Below are positions 38,525 through 48,207 of a stretch of DNA of 52,790 bases, piece by piece. The position numbers were made by a program, and so were the translations under genes. Source of the stretch: Bacteroidota bacterium (GTDB lineage: Bacteria; Bacteroidota; Bacteroidia; UBA7662); assembly GCA_027485465.1 (NCBI GenBank), contig JAIXRA010000124.1, positions 1 through 52,790 on the forward strand, given 5' to 3'. Position 1 is the stretch's first letter; each line of letters begins with the position of its first letter. The notes beneath the pieces were generated by a model. It worked only from the letters and a program-made list of their open reading frames with translations, made no database searches and was not told the DNA's origin.

Positions 38525-39829
38525 ATGCGATTCTCACTCCAAATAAGGCGGACCTTGGCGGCGATGCGAGTGACCTTTTTGGTGTGGTTTGCAATGATAT
38601 GCACCGTTCAAGCGACGGAAAATGGCCCTGCCACGGAGGGGTATCCTTCGGTGGCCAACCGATGGCCGGAGTGGAAGCATCATGTGGAAGGGAAGCGGGT
38701 GGGGTTGGTTTTGCATCAAAGTTCCACGGTCAGGGGTCGCCTTTTGGCCGATGTTATGTTGGAGGATGGGATCAAGGTACAGGCCTTGTTTGTGCCCGAA
38801 CACGGACTTCGGGGGGAGGCCGATGCCGGTGCCCAAGTGGCCGATACCTTGGACCCCAAGACCTCCCTGCCGGTTTATTCGTTGTACGGTCAACGAAAGG
38901 CCCCGAGCCTGCAACAACTTCAGGATCTGGACATGCTGGTTTTTGATTTGCAAGATGTGGGCGTTCGTTTCTACACCTACCTAAGCACTTTGCATTATGT
39001 TATGCAGGCCTGTGCCTTGGCAGGCACTCCTTTGTTGGTTTTGGATCGTCCCAATGTGAATGATTACACGGTGGATGGCCCTGTTTTGGACACGGCCTAT
39101 CGTTCGTTTGTAGGAATGCATCCCATACCGGTTTTGCACGGGATGACCTTGGGGGAATTGGCCGGTATGATCAAAGGCCAGGGTTGGATCACGCAGGCCG
39201 AGTCCCTTCGTTTGACGGTCCTACCCATGATGGGTTACCGCAAGGGTCTTCGCTTGCAGCCTGAGCGCCCTCCGTCCCCCAACCTTCGAGATTCCATCGC
39301 ATTGGCTTGGTATCCGACCCTCTGTTTTTTTGAGGCTTGTCCCGTATCGATAGGGCGCGGCACATCTCAGCCGTTTGGCTTGGTCGGGAGTCCTTGGTAC
39401 CGAAACGGAGATACCTGTTTTGTGCCGCGTCCGCTGAAAGGCCGATCCCAAAACCCTGTTTTGAACGGCCGTATATGCTGCGGTTTTCGCGTGGATCGAT
39501 GGCCCCAAGGCCCGTTGGACGGCCCGGGAATCCACCTCCCCTTGTTAAATGAATTTTGGTTGGCTTTTGAAAAGTCGTACCGTGAAGGTTCCGCACCGAA
39601 TTCAATTTATTCGGAATCCAAATCCAAATCGAAGGGTCGGAAACAATCCGCTGCCGAGGTTTTTTTTCAACCCTTCTTTGATAAACTAGCGGGGGGACCT
39701 GCGTTGCGTTTACAATTGCAAAAGCATACATCGGTTCGAAAGATTCGTCGCAGTTGGCAGCCCGCCTTGCAGCGATTTGAATCCCAACGCAAGCCCTATC
39801 TCCTCTATCCGAATCCTTTGACGCCATGA
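38525..39829 (+). CDS. DUF1343 protein (NamZ-like exo-beta-N-acetylmuramidase family)
   Basis: Motifs VGLVLHQSS, FVPEHGLRGEADAG, FDLQDVGVRFYTY and LDRPN. An alternative start lies at 38564. Confidence 0.85.
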   Translation: MRFSLQIRRTLAAMRVTFLVWFAMICTVQATENGPATEGYPSVANRWPEWKHHVEGKRVGLVLHQSSTVRGRLLADVMLEDGIKVQALFVPEHGLRGEADAGAQVADTLDPKTSLPVYSLYGQRKAPSLQQLQDLDMLVFDLQDVGVRFYTYLSTLHYVMQACALAGTPLLVLDRPNVNDYTVDGPVLDTAYRSFVGMHPIPVLHGMTLGELAGMIKGQGWITQAESLRLTVLPMMGYRKGLRLQPERPPSPNLRDSIALAWYPTLCFFEACPVSIGRGTSQPFGLVGSPWYRNGDTCFVPRPLKGRSQNPVLNGRICCGFRVDRWPQGPLDGPGIHLPLLNEFWLAFEKSYREGSAPNSIYSESKSKSKGRKQSAAEVFFQPFFDKLAGGPALRLQLQKHTSVRKIRRSWQPALQRFESQRKPYLLYPNPLTP

Positions 39830-40776
39830 GATTTGTTTTTTACGGAACGCCCGATTTTGCTGCCGTGACTTTGAGGATTTTGCTGGAACAGGGGTGTCGT
39901 CCGTTGGCGGTGGTCACATCCCCTGATCGGGCCTCGGGAAGGGGTCTGCGCACCGTTGACACCCCGGTCAAGGCCTTGGCTTTGGAACAGGGAATTCCTG
40001 TTTGGCAGCCGGAAAACCTCCTGGATCTTGATTTTCTTGAAGCGTTGAGGAAATTGAATCCGGATTTTCAGTTGGTGGTGGCTTTTCGGAAGCTTCCGTC
40101 GGAGGTTTGGGATGGGTTTTGTTACGGAACCTGGAACCTGCATGCTTCGTTGCTGCCGGATTTGCGAGGTGCGGCCCCTCTTCATTGGGCGCTTCGATGG
40201 GGCTATACCCAAACGGGTTTGACGGTTTTTCGGATCAACAACCGCATTGATACCGGGGATATGCTCTGTCAAGAAAGTCTGGAGATTCCCATCGCATGGA
40301 ATGCAGGGGATTTGCACGATGCCATGGCCGAGGCGGGTGGACATCTCTTGGTTCAGGCGGCTCGTCGTATCGCGTCCGGTGATCTTCGGACCGTGGCCCA
40401 GCCAACGGGACAGCCGTTACGCTCGGCTCCCAAAATTTCCAAAGAAGATTCGGTCATGGATTGGAACAGGCCATCGGAGGAGTTGTTTCATTTTGTCCGG
40501 GCCTTTGCCCCGGCACCGGGTGCAAGAACAGTCCTTGGTCAAAGGCAGTGGATCGTCCTCCAAGGAGCTCTCACGAGCCCCGAACCCAACGATTTGGTGC
40601 CTGCAGAACCGTCACCACTTCCAGGGACCTTGAAGGTCCAGGGGGGTCGATGCTGGGCACGCGCGTTGGATGGTTGGTTGGAAATTTTGGTGATCAAACC
40701 CCAAAACGGGAAAGCGATGGCGATGGAAGCTTTTTTGAGGGGCCAAGCGCCTTTGGACGGACAAGTTCTGGGCTAA
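39826..40776 (+). CDS. fmt: Methionyl-tRNA formyltransferase
   Basis: Motifs MRFVFYGTPDFA and HASLLPDLRGAAPLHWAL. It has an ATGA overlap with the upstream gene. Confidence 0.93.
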   Translation: MRFVFYGTPDFAAVTLRILLEQGCRPLAVVTSPDRASGRGLRTVDTPVKALALEQGIPVWQPENLLDLDFLEALRKLNPDFQLVVAFRKLPSEVWDGFCYGTWNLHASLLPDLRGAAPLHWALRWGYTQTGLTVFRINNRIDTGDMLCQESLEIPIAWNAGDLHDAMAEAGGHLLVQAARRIASGDLRTVAQPTGQPLRSAPKISKEDSVMDWNRPSEELFHFVRAFAPAPGARTVLGQRQWIVLQGALTSPEPNDLVPAEPSPLPGTLKVQGGRCWARALDGWLEILVIKPQNGKAMAMEAFLRGQAPLDGQVLG

Positions 40777-41585
40777 AGACCGGTGAGGGCTTTATTGGCC
40801 GCATCCACCATTTCATCCTCGGGTTGACGGGGGAGGAGGTTTCCGTTCCAATGCGAAACCCTTTGGACCCCCCGAATGGAATTGGTGAGCCAAAGTGAGG
40901 AACAATCCATGAGATCCGTGGGTGGTTCCTGAATCCTTTCGACTTGATGGCCATGTTTTCCCAAAAATTCGACCAAAAATTCAGCGCAGAGCCCCGGTAG
41001 ACAACCGCTGTTCCAATCGGGAGTATAACAACGGCCCTCTTTCCAATAAAACAGATTCGATCGACTGCTTTCAATCAGCCCACCTTGGGGTGACCTGAGC
41101 AAAGCGTCGTCCCAGCCTTGGTTGATGGCAAATTTTTCGGCCAGGATATAGGGCAGCGCGGACATGCTTTTGATATCGGGCAGCAAAGGCGGGCATTTGA
41201 TCAAGGGGGAGGCACCAAGCCGCAAGACTGTATCGGATTGGGACAAAGGACTTTCGTCAAAATTCTCCAATTCGGTACGCCAATCCGCGCTGGAACCATC
41301 GGGTCGGTAGCCACGTCCATTTTGCCGCCAAATCAAGGTCCGAAAGCGGCCGTAGACGGGTTGGCCTTGGTCATGCCAGGCCCGCAAAGCGAAATCTTCC
41401 CAATCCGAGCCACCTTGCCAGGGAAGGTCCAAGCCCATAACACGGGCCGCATAGCGCATGCGTTCCAGGTGCTCTTGGGCCCAAACGAGGCGACCGTTGA
41501 CAAGCAAGGCCGTATCAAAAAAACCATCGCCGTATCGGACTCCGCGATGAAGGTCTGTTAACACGTGGTTGTCAAGCACCTTCAA
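40773..41585 (-). CDS. Class IV aminotransferase family protein (aminodeoxychorismate lyase-like)
   Basis: Motifs [12 protein letters not shown] and [10 protein letters not shown]. The start is uncertain. The only ATG (41648) overlaps the fbp start region, so the TTG at 41585 or the GTG at 41579 is more plausible. Confidence 0.7.
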   Translation of the reverse strand: MKVLDNHVLTDLHRGVRYGDGFFDTALLVNGRLVWAQEHLERMRYAARVMGLDLPWQGGSDWEDFALRAWHDQGQPVYGRFRTLIWRQNGRGYRPDGSSADWRTELENFDESPLSQSDTVLRLGASPLIKCPPLLPDIKSMSALPYILAEKFAINQGWDDALLRSPQGGLIESSRSNLFYWKEGRCYTPDWNSGCLPGLCAEFLVEFLGKHGHQVERIQEPPTDLMDCSSLWLTNSIRGVQRVSHWNGNLLPRQPEDEMVDAANKALTGL

Positions 41586-41625
41586 AGGTATTAATTTAGG
41601 CTTTGTTTCAATCCCCCCTTTTGTT

Positions 41626-42651
41626 ATGAATGCCCAGCGTATCACCACCCTTGGTCAATTTATCATCGAGCGTCAGGCCGAATTTCCTTATTCCAAAGGT
41701 CAGTTGTCTCGATTGTTACGGGATATCGGGATTGCCTCCAAAATCGTGAACCGAGAAGTGAACAAAGCGGGTCTGGTAAATATCCTGGGCGATACCGGCG
41801 AAACCAATATCCAAGGCGAGACGGTCAAAAAATTGGATCTCTTCGCCAATGAGCAATTCAAGGCAGCCCTCAAAGCCGGGGGTGAATGCTGCGTTTTTGC
41901 GTCCGAAGAGGACGATGAAATCACCACCATTGAGGGTGCTGTTTCGGCCGATGCCAAATACGCCGTTTTGATGGACCCCTTGGATGGGTCCTCGAATATT
42001 GATGTGAATGTTTCGGTGGGAACTATTTTTTCGATTTATCGTCGGGTTTCTCAGGAGGGTCCCGGTCTTCTGAGTGACTGCCTCCAAAAAGGAATGCATC
42101 AGGTCGCCGCGGGTTACGTCGTCTATGGTTCGTCCACCATGTTGGTCTATACCACCGGTCACGGTGTGAATGGATTTACCCTGGATCCCTCCATCGGTGA
42201 ATTTTGTCTGTCCCACCCTGATATGCGGATTCCCGAACAAGGTTTTATTTACTCGGTCAACGAAGGGAATTACATCCACTTTCCTCAGGGCATTAAACAA
42301 TACATCAAGTATTGCCAGGCCTACGACGAAACCACATCGCGTCCCTACAATTCCCGCTACATTGGTTCCATGGTTGCTGACTTTCATCGCAATCTGCTCA
42401 AAGGCGGGGTCTTTATTTACCCAGCAACCGGGAAGGCGCCCAAAGGAAAGCTACGTTTGGGTTACGAATGCAATCCCATGGCCTTTATCGTGGAACAGGC
42501 CGGTGGGAAGGCGAGCGATGGCAAAAATCGCATCTTGGAATTGGAATCAACGGACTTGCATCAGCGAACGCCGGTTGTTTTGGGTTCTCGCCGGATGGTC
42601 GAAAAAGTGGAGTCTTTCCTTAGGGAGTTTCCTGATCCAGGGTCTTTTTGA
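41626..42651 (+). CDS. fbp: Class 1 fructose-1,6-bisphosphatase
   Basis: The N-terminus [14 protein letters not shown]...[10 protein letters not shown]...KLDLFANE aligns with E. coli Fbp. Motifs [10 protein letters not shown] and [21 protein letters not shown] are present. Confidence 0.95.
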   Translation: MNAQRITTLGQFIIERQAEFPYSKGQLSRLLRDIGIASKIVNREVNKAGLVNILGDTGETNIQGETVKKLDLFANEQFKAALKAGGECCVFASEEDDEITTIEGAVSADAKYAVLMDPLDGSSNIDVNVSVGTIFSIYRRVSQEGPGLLSDCLQKGMHQVAAGYVVYGSSTMLVYTTGHGVNGFTLDPSIGEFCLSHPDMRIPEQGFIYSVNEGNYIHFPQGIKQYIKYCQAYDETTSRPYNSRYIGSMVADFHRNLLKGGVFIYPATGKAPKGKLRLGYECNPMAFIVEQAGGKASDGKNRILELESTDLHQRTPVVLGSRRMVEKVESFLREFPDPGSF

Positions 42652-42970
42652 GTTCGACCAATCCCGCCCGCAGGCTCAGGAGTCGTTCTTTGATGCTGAG
42701 GGTTTCAGGAACTTTGTGACCTTTTTCGTTGAGATGGGCCAGGGCCCCTTTGATCGTAAAGCGCCTTTCTTTGAGCAGGTATTGAATCTGACGCAAAAGT
42801 TCAAGGTCTTTTTCGGTGTACATCCGGTTCCCTTTGCGGTTCTTTTTGGGTTGAAGCATCGGGAATTCGGTTTCCCAATAGCGCAACAAGGAGGGGTTGA
42901 GGCCAAGCGAGTCGGCTACTTCCCGGATATTGTAATAAAGCTTGAGGGGGGTGGTTTTTTCCTGGTCCAT
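42620..42970 (-). CDS. MerR-family transcriptional regulator (small, 116 aa)
   Basis: The HTH region is [24 protein letters not shown]...[17 protein letters not shown]. Confidence 0.85.
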   Translation of the reverse strand: MDQEKTTPLKLYYNIREVADSLGLNPSLLRYWETEFPMLQPKKNRKGNRMYTEKDLELLRQIQYLLKERRFTIKGALAHLNEKGHKVPETLSIKERLLSLRAGLVELKKTLDQETP

Positions 42971-43944
42971 TAGTCCAACGATTGGTTGGCACTCGAGGCC
43001 TTGGCAAGGAGCTCCTGGTGCTGCGCGGGGTTTAAGTCATTAAATATAAAGTAAACGGGGTCCACTTTGCGTCCGTTTTTGTGGACTTCGTAATGGAGGT
43101 GGGGTCCGGTGCTTTTTCCGGTATTGCCGAGGCGGGCGATCACTTGCCCACGCTTGACTTTTTGGCCGGGACGTACCTCAAAGCGTGAGAGGTGGGCGTA
43201 CAGGGTTTGGTAACCATACCCATGGTCCAGCAGAAGGTAATTTCCGTACCCGCGGTCCATACGTACCAATTCCTTGACGGTTCCGTTGCCGGTTGCATAA
43301 ACGGGGCTGTGCATGGGGGCCGTGAAATCCAGGCCTTCGTGGAATTTCACGGTTTTGTAGATGGGATCCATGCGGTAACCGTAGCCCGAAACGGGCTCCC
43401 CGCGCCTTCGGCCGCTCATCGCCATGGGCTGTATGGCCGGCATCGCCTCCAAAAGGCGATTTTTTTGGCGAATCAGGGTTCCCAATTCCTTGTACGAGGT
43501 GGCTTGATCCAAGAGGGTCCGGGTTAGCCCCTCCGTTTTGAGGGCCGTTGTGGCCATGAGAGCCCCGTATTGATAGGTCGCCAGGTAGGAATAGGCATTG
43601 ATATCGGCTTTGTTGGGGGCCGCTGCCTCGCGGAGAGGCTCCGCCTCAAAAATGACCCTGTAAATATTGCGGTCTCGCTGTTCCAGTTCGGTGACGACCG
43701 AGCGCATGAGGTCCAGACGGCGGTCCAGGGCCTGGTAACGCCATTCCATTTCGGCCAATTCTTCCTTGAGTTGCTTCTCTTTGGGGGAGTCCAAAAAGGT
43801 ATAAGCCAGGGAAATAACCATTACCGATGAGACCACGGCCGCCGAAAAGTAACCCAAGAGCACAAGCAAGCGCTTGTGCCAAGGTTGACGAACCTGTTCA
43901 AAGACAAGCTTGACAGGATTGAATTCGTAACGCAGACGAGCCAT
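42970..43944 (-). CDS. M23-family metallopeptidase (membrane-anchored)
   Basis: Has an N-terminal TM helix and a coiled-coil region. The Zn-ligand motifs are HEGLDF and GNTGKSTGPHLHYEV. Confidence 0.9.
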   Translation of the reverse strand: MARLRYEFNPVKLVFEQVRQPWHKRLLVLLGYFSAAVVSSVMVISLAYTFLDSPKEKQLKEELAEMEWRYQALDRRLDLMRSVVTELEQRDRNIYRVIFEAEPLREAAAPNKADINAYSYLATYQYGALMATTALKTEGLTRTLLDQATSYKELGTLIRQKNRLLEAMPAIQPMAMSGRRRGEPVSGYGYRMDPIYKTVKFHEGLDFTAPMHSPVYATGNGTVKELVRMDRGYGNYLLLDHGYGYQTLYAHLSRFEVRPGQKVKRGQVIARLGNTGKSTGPHLHYEVHKNGRKVDPVYFIFNDLNPAQHQELLAKASSANQSLD

Positions 43945-43988
43945 TTGCTCAAAATTAAGTAATTTCGGGCCTTAACACGAACAGAGAA

Positions 43989-46673
43989 ATGCGTATGAAG
44001 GCCGGAGAAGTCAGACAAGTTTTTTTGGATTTTTTTGCATCCAAAGGGCATCATATTGCCCAACCATCTTCCTTGATCGTTCAGGGCGATCCGACGCTTT
44101 TGTTTACCAATGCGGGGATGAACCCCTTCAAGGATTTGTTTTTGGGGAATAGAACCCCGGATTTTCGACGGGTGGCGGATACCCAACCCTGCCTACGGGT
44201 ATCGGGCAAACACAACGACCTGGAAGATGTAGGCAAGGATACCTATCATCACACGCTGTTTGAGATGCTGGGCAATTGGTCCTTTGGGGATTACTTCAAA
44301 GAGGAAGCCATTGCTTGGGCATGGGAATTGTTGACCGGCCCCTATGGTTTGTCCAAGGACAGGTTGTATGTCACTTATTTTGAGGGGGATGCCACCGAGG
44401 GATTGGAAGCGGATCATCAGGCCAAGAATTTTTGGAAACAATGGATTGCGGAGGATCGCATTTTGCCTGGTAACAAAAAAGACAATTTTTGGGAAATGGG
44501 GGATACCGGTCCTTGCGGCCCTTGTTCCGAAATCCACATGGATTTGCGGAGTGAGGAAGAACGCAAAGTGCTGGACGCAAGGGAATTGGTTAATAGAGAC
44601 CACCCCCAAGTGATTGAGCTCTGGAACCTGGTCTTTATGGAATTTCAGCGCATGGCCGATGGTCGATTGCAGGCATTGCCCGCTCGTCACGTGGATACGG
44701 GCATGGGGTTTGAGCGCCTCTGTAGGGCCGTTGCCGGTGCCTCCAGCAATTACGATACCGATGTTTTCATTCCCCTAATTCGCCAAATCGAAGCTTGCTC
44801 AGGTCACCGTTACGGGGCTGGCAACGAGGCGGTGGATATCGCGATGCGGGTGGTGGCTGACCACATGCGGGCGGTATGCTTGGTGATCGCCGATGGGCAA
44901 TTGCCCTCCAATGCCAAAGCAGGTTATGTCTGTCGCCGCATTCTGCGCCGGGCCATTCGGTACGGCTATACCTACCTGGGTTTTGAAGAACCAACCTTGC
45001 ACCGATTGGTGGACACGGTGGTTGCTAGTTTGGGAGACGTATTGCCCCAATTGATCCGCGAAAAAGCACTCATTACGCAGACCTTGCAGGCCGAGGAAAC
45101 GAATTTTTTGCGCACCTTGGCCAAAGGACTGCAGCGCATGGACCTTTGGATGTCTGCCCATTCTTCGCAAAATGTGGTCCCTCAGGGGATCCAAATGGAC
45201 GGGGAGACTGCGTTCGAGTTGTTTGATACGTACGGGTTCCCACCTGATTTGATTGCTTTGGTACTGACCGAAAAAGGATTTGGGATGGACCAAGCCGGAT
45301 TTGAGAAAGCCATGCAGGTTCAGCGGGAACGTTCCCGTTCGGCCACTCGTCTTGTAGCCGGTGATTGGGAATGGATGGAATGGACGGAAGGAGACACGGC
45401 ACTCGAATCGCAATTTGTTGGCTACGATCTACTTGAGTGTTCGAGCCGCTTGCTTCGGCAGCGGTTGGTTCGCAGCGGCGAGGCCGAACAAGCCCAGGTG
45501 GTTTTGGAGGTTACGCCTTTTTATGCCGAATCCGGTGGGCAAATAGGGGATACGGGGCGTTTGATTGGTGAGGACGGCGAGGTCTTGGAAGTCCTGGATG
45601 TCTTCAAAGAGAACCATGTTTGGATCCACCAGGTGAACCAATTGCCATCCCATCCCGAACAATCGTTCAGGGCTGTTGTGGATGCCCAGCGTCGGCAAAA
45701 CACCAGCGCTCATCACAGTGCGACGCATTTATTGCATACCGCCCTGCGCCATCACCTCGGTCAACATGTTCAGCAAAAAGGCTCCCTGGTTTCGCCTCAC
45801 CAATTGCGCTTTGACTTTGCTCATACGGGCCGTGTTACAGAACAACAGATGCAGGCGATCGTTGAGGAGGTTAACGACGCTGTACGCAAAGCTATGCCGT
45901 TGGTAGAATCGCGTAATGTGCCGATTAGCGAGGCCATGGAAAAGGGGGCCACCGCCCTCTTCGGTGAAAAATACGGGGACTCGGTGCGGGTTGTATCGTT
46001 TGGTGGGACCTATTCAATGGAATTGTGCGGTGGAACCCATGTGGAACATACCGGCCGCATTGGTTTCTTTCGGGTGGTTTCCGAAAGTGCGGTGGCCTCA
46101 GGAATCCGACGTATCGAAGCCGTCTGCGGAACCTACGCCGAGGCATGGGTCGAGGAACGTCTGCAATTGCTGGAACAAATCAAAGGCCTTTTCAAGAATC
46201 CGGTGGACCTTTTGGCCCAGGCAGGCAAAAGCCTCGAGGAATTGGGGCAATTGCGCAAAAAAATGGACGAATTGGACCAAAAAAAGGCCGATTCCTTGGT
46301 CCAAGAGGCCTTGAAGGCCTTCGAATCGCAGGGCGGTGGTTTTCCGGTTTTGGTCCAGGTCTGCGATGTCCGCAAGTCCGATTCCCTCAAATCGATGGCA
46401 ACCAAACTCCGAGCCCACGACCCACAGGCGGTGGTGCTATTGGGGGCCTTGGTTGAAGATCGTTTCTATGTCTGCCTTGCCATGGGCGAAGATGCTTCCA
46501 AAACAAACAACGCCGGTCAAATTCTTCGCGTCTTGTTAGCCTCGATGGGGGGGCAAGGAGGAGGTCAGCCCCATTTGGCTATGGGGAGTGCGACCTTGTC
46601 ACCTTCCTCCGTTCCGCCAACGGTCGAATCCCTTCGATTGGCTTTGGATCGGGCCTTGCATTCGTTGAATTAG
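43989..46673 (+). CDS. alaS: Alanine-tRNA ligase
   Basis: Motifs FTNAGMNPFK and HHTLFEMLGNWSFGDYFK, with editing-domain HSATHLLH and CGGTH. An alternative ATG lies at 43995. Confidence 0.97.
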   Translation: MRMKAGEVRQVFLDFFASKGHHIAQPSSLIVQGDPTLLFTNAGMNPFKDLFLGNRTPDFRRVADTQPCLRVSGKHNDLEDVGKDTYHHTLFEMLGNWSFGDYFKEEAIAWAWELLTGPYGLSKDRLYVTYFEGDATEGLEADHQAKNFWKQWIAEDRILPGNKKDNFWEMGDTGPCGPCSEIHMDLRSEEERKVLDARELVNRDHPQVIELWNLVFMEFQRMADGRLQALPARHVDTGMGFERLCRAVAGASSNYDTDVFIPLIRQIEACSGHRYGAGNEAVDIAMRVVADHMRAVCLVIADGQLPSNAKAGYVCRRILRRAIRYGYTYLGFEEPTLHRLVDTVVASLGDVLPQLIREKALITQTLQAEETNFLRTLAKGLQRMDLWMSAHSSQNVVPQGIQMDGETAFELFDTYGFPPDLIALVLTEKGFGMDQAGFEKAMQVQRERSRSATRLVAGDWEWMEWTEGDTALESQFVGYDLLECSSRLLRQRLVRSGEAEQAQVVLEVTPFYAESGGQIGDTGRLIGEDGEVLEVLDVFKENHVWIHQVNQLPSHPEQSFRAVVDAQRRQNTSAHHSATHLLHTALRHHLGQHVQQKGSLVSPHQLRFDFAHTGRVTEQQMQAIVEEVNDAVRKAMPLVESRNVPISEAMEKGATALFGEKYGDSVRVVSFGGTYSMELCGGTHVEHTGRIGFFRVVSESAVASGIRRIEAVCGTYAEAWVEERLQLLEQIKGLFKNPVDLLAQAGKSLEELGQLRKKMDELDQKKADSLVQEALKAFESQGGGFPVLVQVCDVRKSDSLKSMATKLRAHDPQAVVLLGALVEDRFYVCLAMGEDASKTNNAGQILRVLLASMGGQGGGQPHLAMGSATLSPSSVPPTVESLRLALDRALHSLN

Positions 46674-46686
46674 CCATTAATCCAAG

Positions 46687-48141
46687 ATGATGAATGATGT
46701 TATAACCAAGTACGAATTGGTGGTGGGATTGGAGGTGCACGCGCAGCTAAGGACCCAATCCAAGGCATTTTGCAGCGATAGCACCGACTTTGGGGCTCTG
46801 CCTAACACCCTTTTGTCGCCCATTTCGATGGGCCATCCCGGGACTTTGCCACGATTTAATGGTCAGGTTTTGGAGTACGGAATCCTGCTTGGGTTGGCGA
46901 TGAATTGCAAAATTCGGGAATACAACGAATTTGCACGCAAGAATTATTTCTACGCGGACTTGCCCAAAGGCTACCAGATCACCCAGCATCTGACCCCTTT
47001 GGCTTACGGCGGATACCTGGACCTTGAATGCGAGGAAGGGAAGAACCGAAGGGTGGGCATCACCCGGATTCACATGGAGGAAGACGCGGGCAAGAGCATC
47101 CACGATCAGGATCCGCTGGATACTCTGGTGGATTTGAATCGCTGCGGCGTTCCCCTGCTCGAAATCGTTTCGGAGCCCGATCTGCGCACAGCTCGCGAGG
47201 CCTACCTGTATTTACAAGAAATTCGTCGATTGGTTCGCTACCTAGAAATCTGCGACGGCAACATGGAAGAAGGTTCTCTCCGGTGCGATGCCAACATTTC
47301 GGTGCGGCCCGTGGGTTCGACCGAGTTTGGAGCCAAGGTGGAAGTCAAGAACATGAACTCAATGCGCCACGTTCAGAAGGCCATCGAATACGAATACCAG
47401 CGTCAATGCGAAGCCGTCGAAAGAGGGGAACGCATCGTTTCCGAGACCCGTTCTTTTGATCCCCAGGCCCAAAACACCTTTGCGCTTCGTTCCAAAGAAG
47501 CTGCCAACGATTATCGGTATTTTCCTGAACCGGATTTGCCACCCATCCTGGTGACCCCATCGGTGATCGAAGGGATTCAATCCAAAATGCCCCCCTTGCC
47601 GGCAGCCTTGATGGCTCAATTCACCCAAGAGCTGGGGCTTAGTGCCTACGATGCAGGGGTCTTGTGCGACCAAAAAGAACTGGCCCTTTGGTTTCTAACC
47701 TTGATTTCGGGGACGAATCACACCAAACAAGCGGCCAATTGGACCATGGGTCCGGTCAAAACTTGGCTGAATGCCCGTGCCTTGCCCATTTCAGATTTGC
47801 CCATATCAGCGGTCTCCCTCGCTCAATTGATTAATGCGGTTCAGGAGGGTAAACTAAGCCATCACCAGGCGGTGCAGCAGGTATGGCCCGCATGGTTGGA
47901 ACAACCGAATCGAAACCTGCAGGAACTCCTGAAAGACCTGGGTTTGGAGGGCGGAACCGTTGAGGATGACTTACCTGCGCTGGTCCAAGAAGTCTTGGCT
48001 TCCATGCCCGCCAAGGTTCAAGAATACCGGGACGGCAAAAAGGGTCTTTTGGCCTTGTTTATGGGTGAAATCATGAAAAGGACCGGGGGGAGGGCTCAAC
48101 CGGCCAGGGCTTCGGCGCTGCTCCAAGAGGCCTTAAATTAA
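46687..48141 (+). CDS. gatB: Asp-tRNA(Asn)/Glu-tRNA(Gln) amidotransferase subunit B
   Basis: Motifs YELVVGLEVHAQL, RIHMEEDAGK and RCDANISVRP. Confidence 0.95.
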   Translation: MMNDVITKYELVVGLEVHAQLRTQSKAFCSDSTDFGALPNTLLSPISMGHPGTLPRFNGQVLEYGILLGLAMNCKIREYNEFARKNYFYADLPKGYQITQHLTPLAYGGYLDLECEEGKNRRVGITRIHMEEDAGKSIHDQDPLDTLVDLNRCGVPLLEIVSEPDLRTAREAYLYLQEIRRLVRYLEICDGNMEEGSLRCDANISVRPVGSTEFGAKVEVKNMNSMRHVQKAIEYEYQRQCEAVERGERIVSETRSFDPQAQNTFALRSKEAANDYRYFPEPDLPPILVTPSVIEGIQSKMPPLPAALMAQFTQELGLSAYDAGVLCDQKELALWFLTLISGTNHTKQAANWTMGPVKTWLNARALPISDLPISAVSLAQLINAVQEGKLSHHQAVQQVWPAWLEQPNRNLQELLKDLGLEGGTVEDDLPALVQEVLASMPAKVQEYRDGKKGLLALFMGEIMKRTGGRAQPARASALLQEALN

Positions 48142-48207
48142 CCTTGGCTTAACAAGGTCCCCGTGCCTTGTTCCATTACTTCGTGGTGTTATTAACCCCC
48201 ATTTTGT

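Noticed and set aside
39660-39667. T8 homopolymer, with an adjacent AAATCC-type repeat encoding SKSKSK, inside the DUF1343 gene as a possible phase-variation site
   Set aside because: It is a single short tract in the C-terminal region of a housekeeping-type enzyme. The reading frame is intact and there is no evidence of alternative frames.
48142-48170. Alternative CCTTG/CAAGG hairpins after gatB considered as a terminator
   Set aside because: The stems are only 5 bp and no T-tract follows, which is too weak to call.
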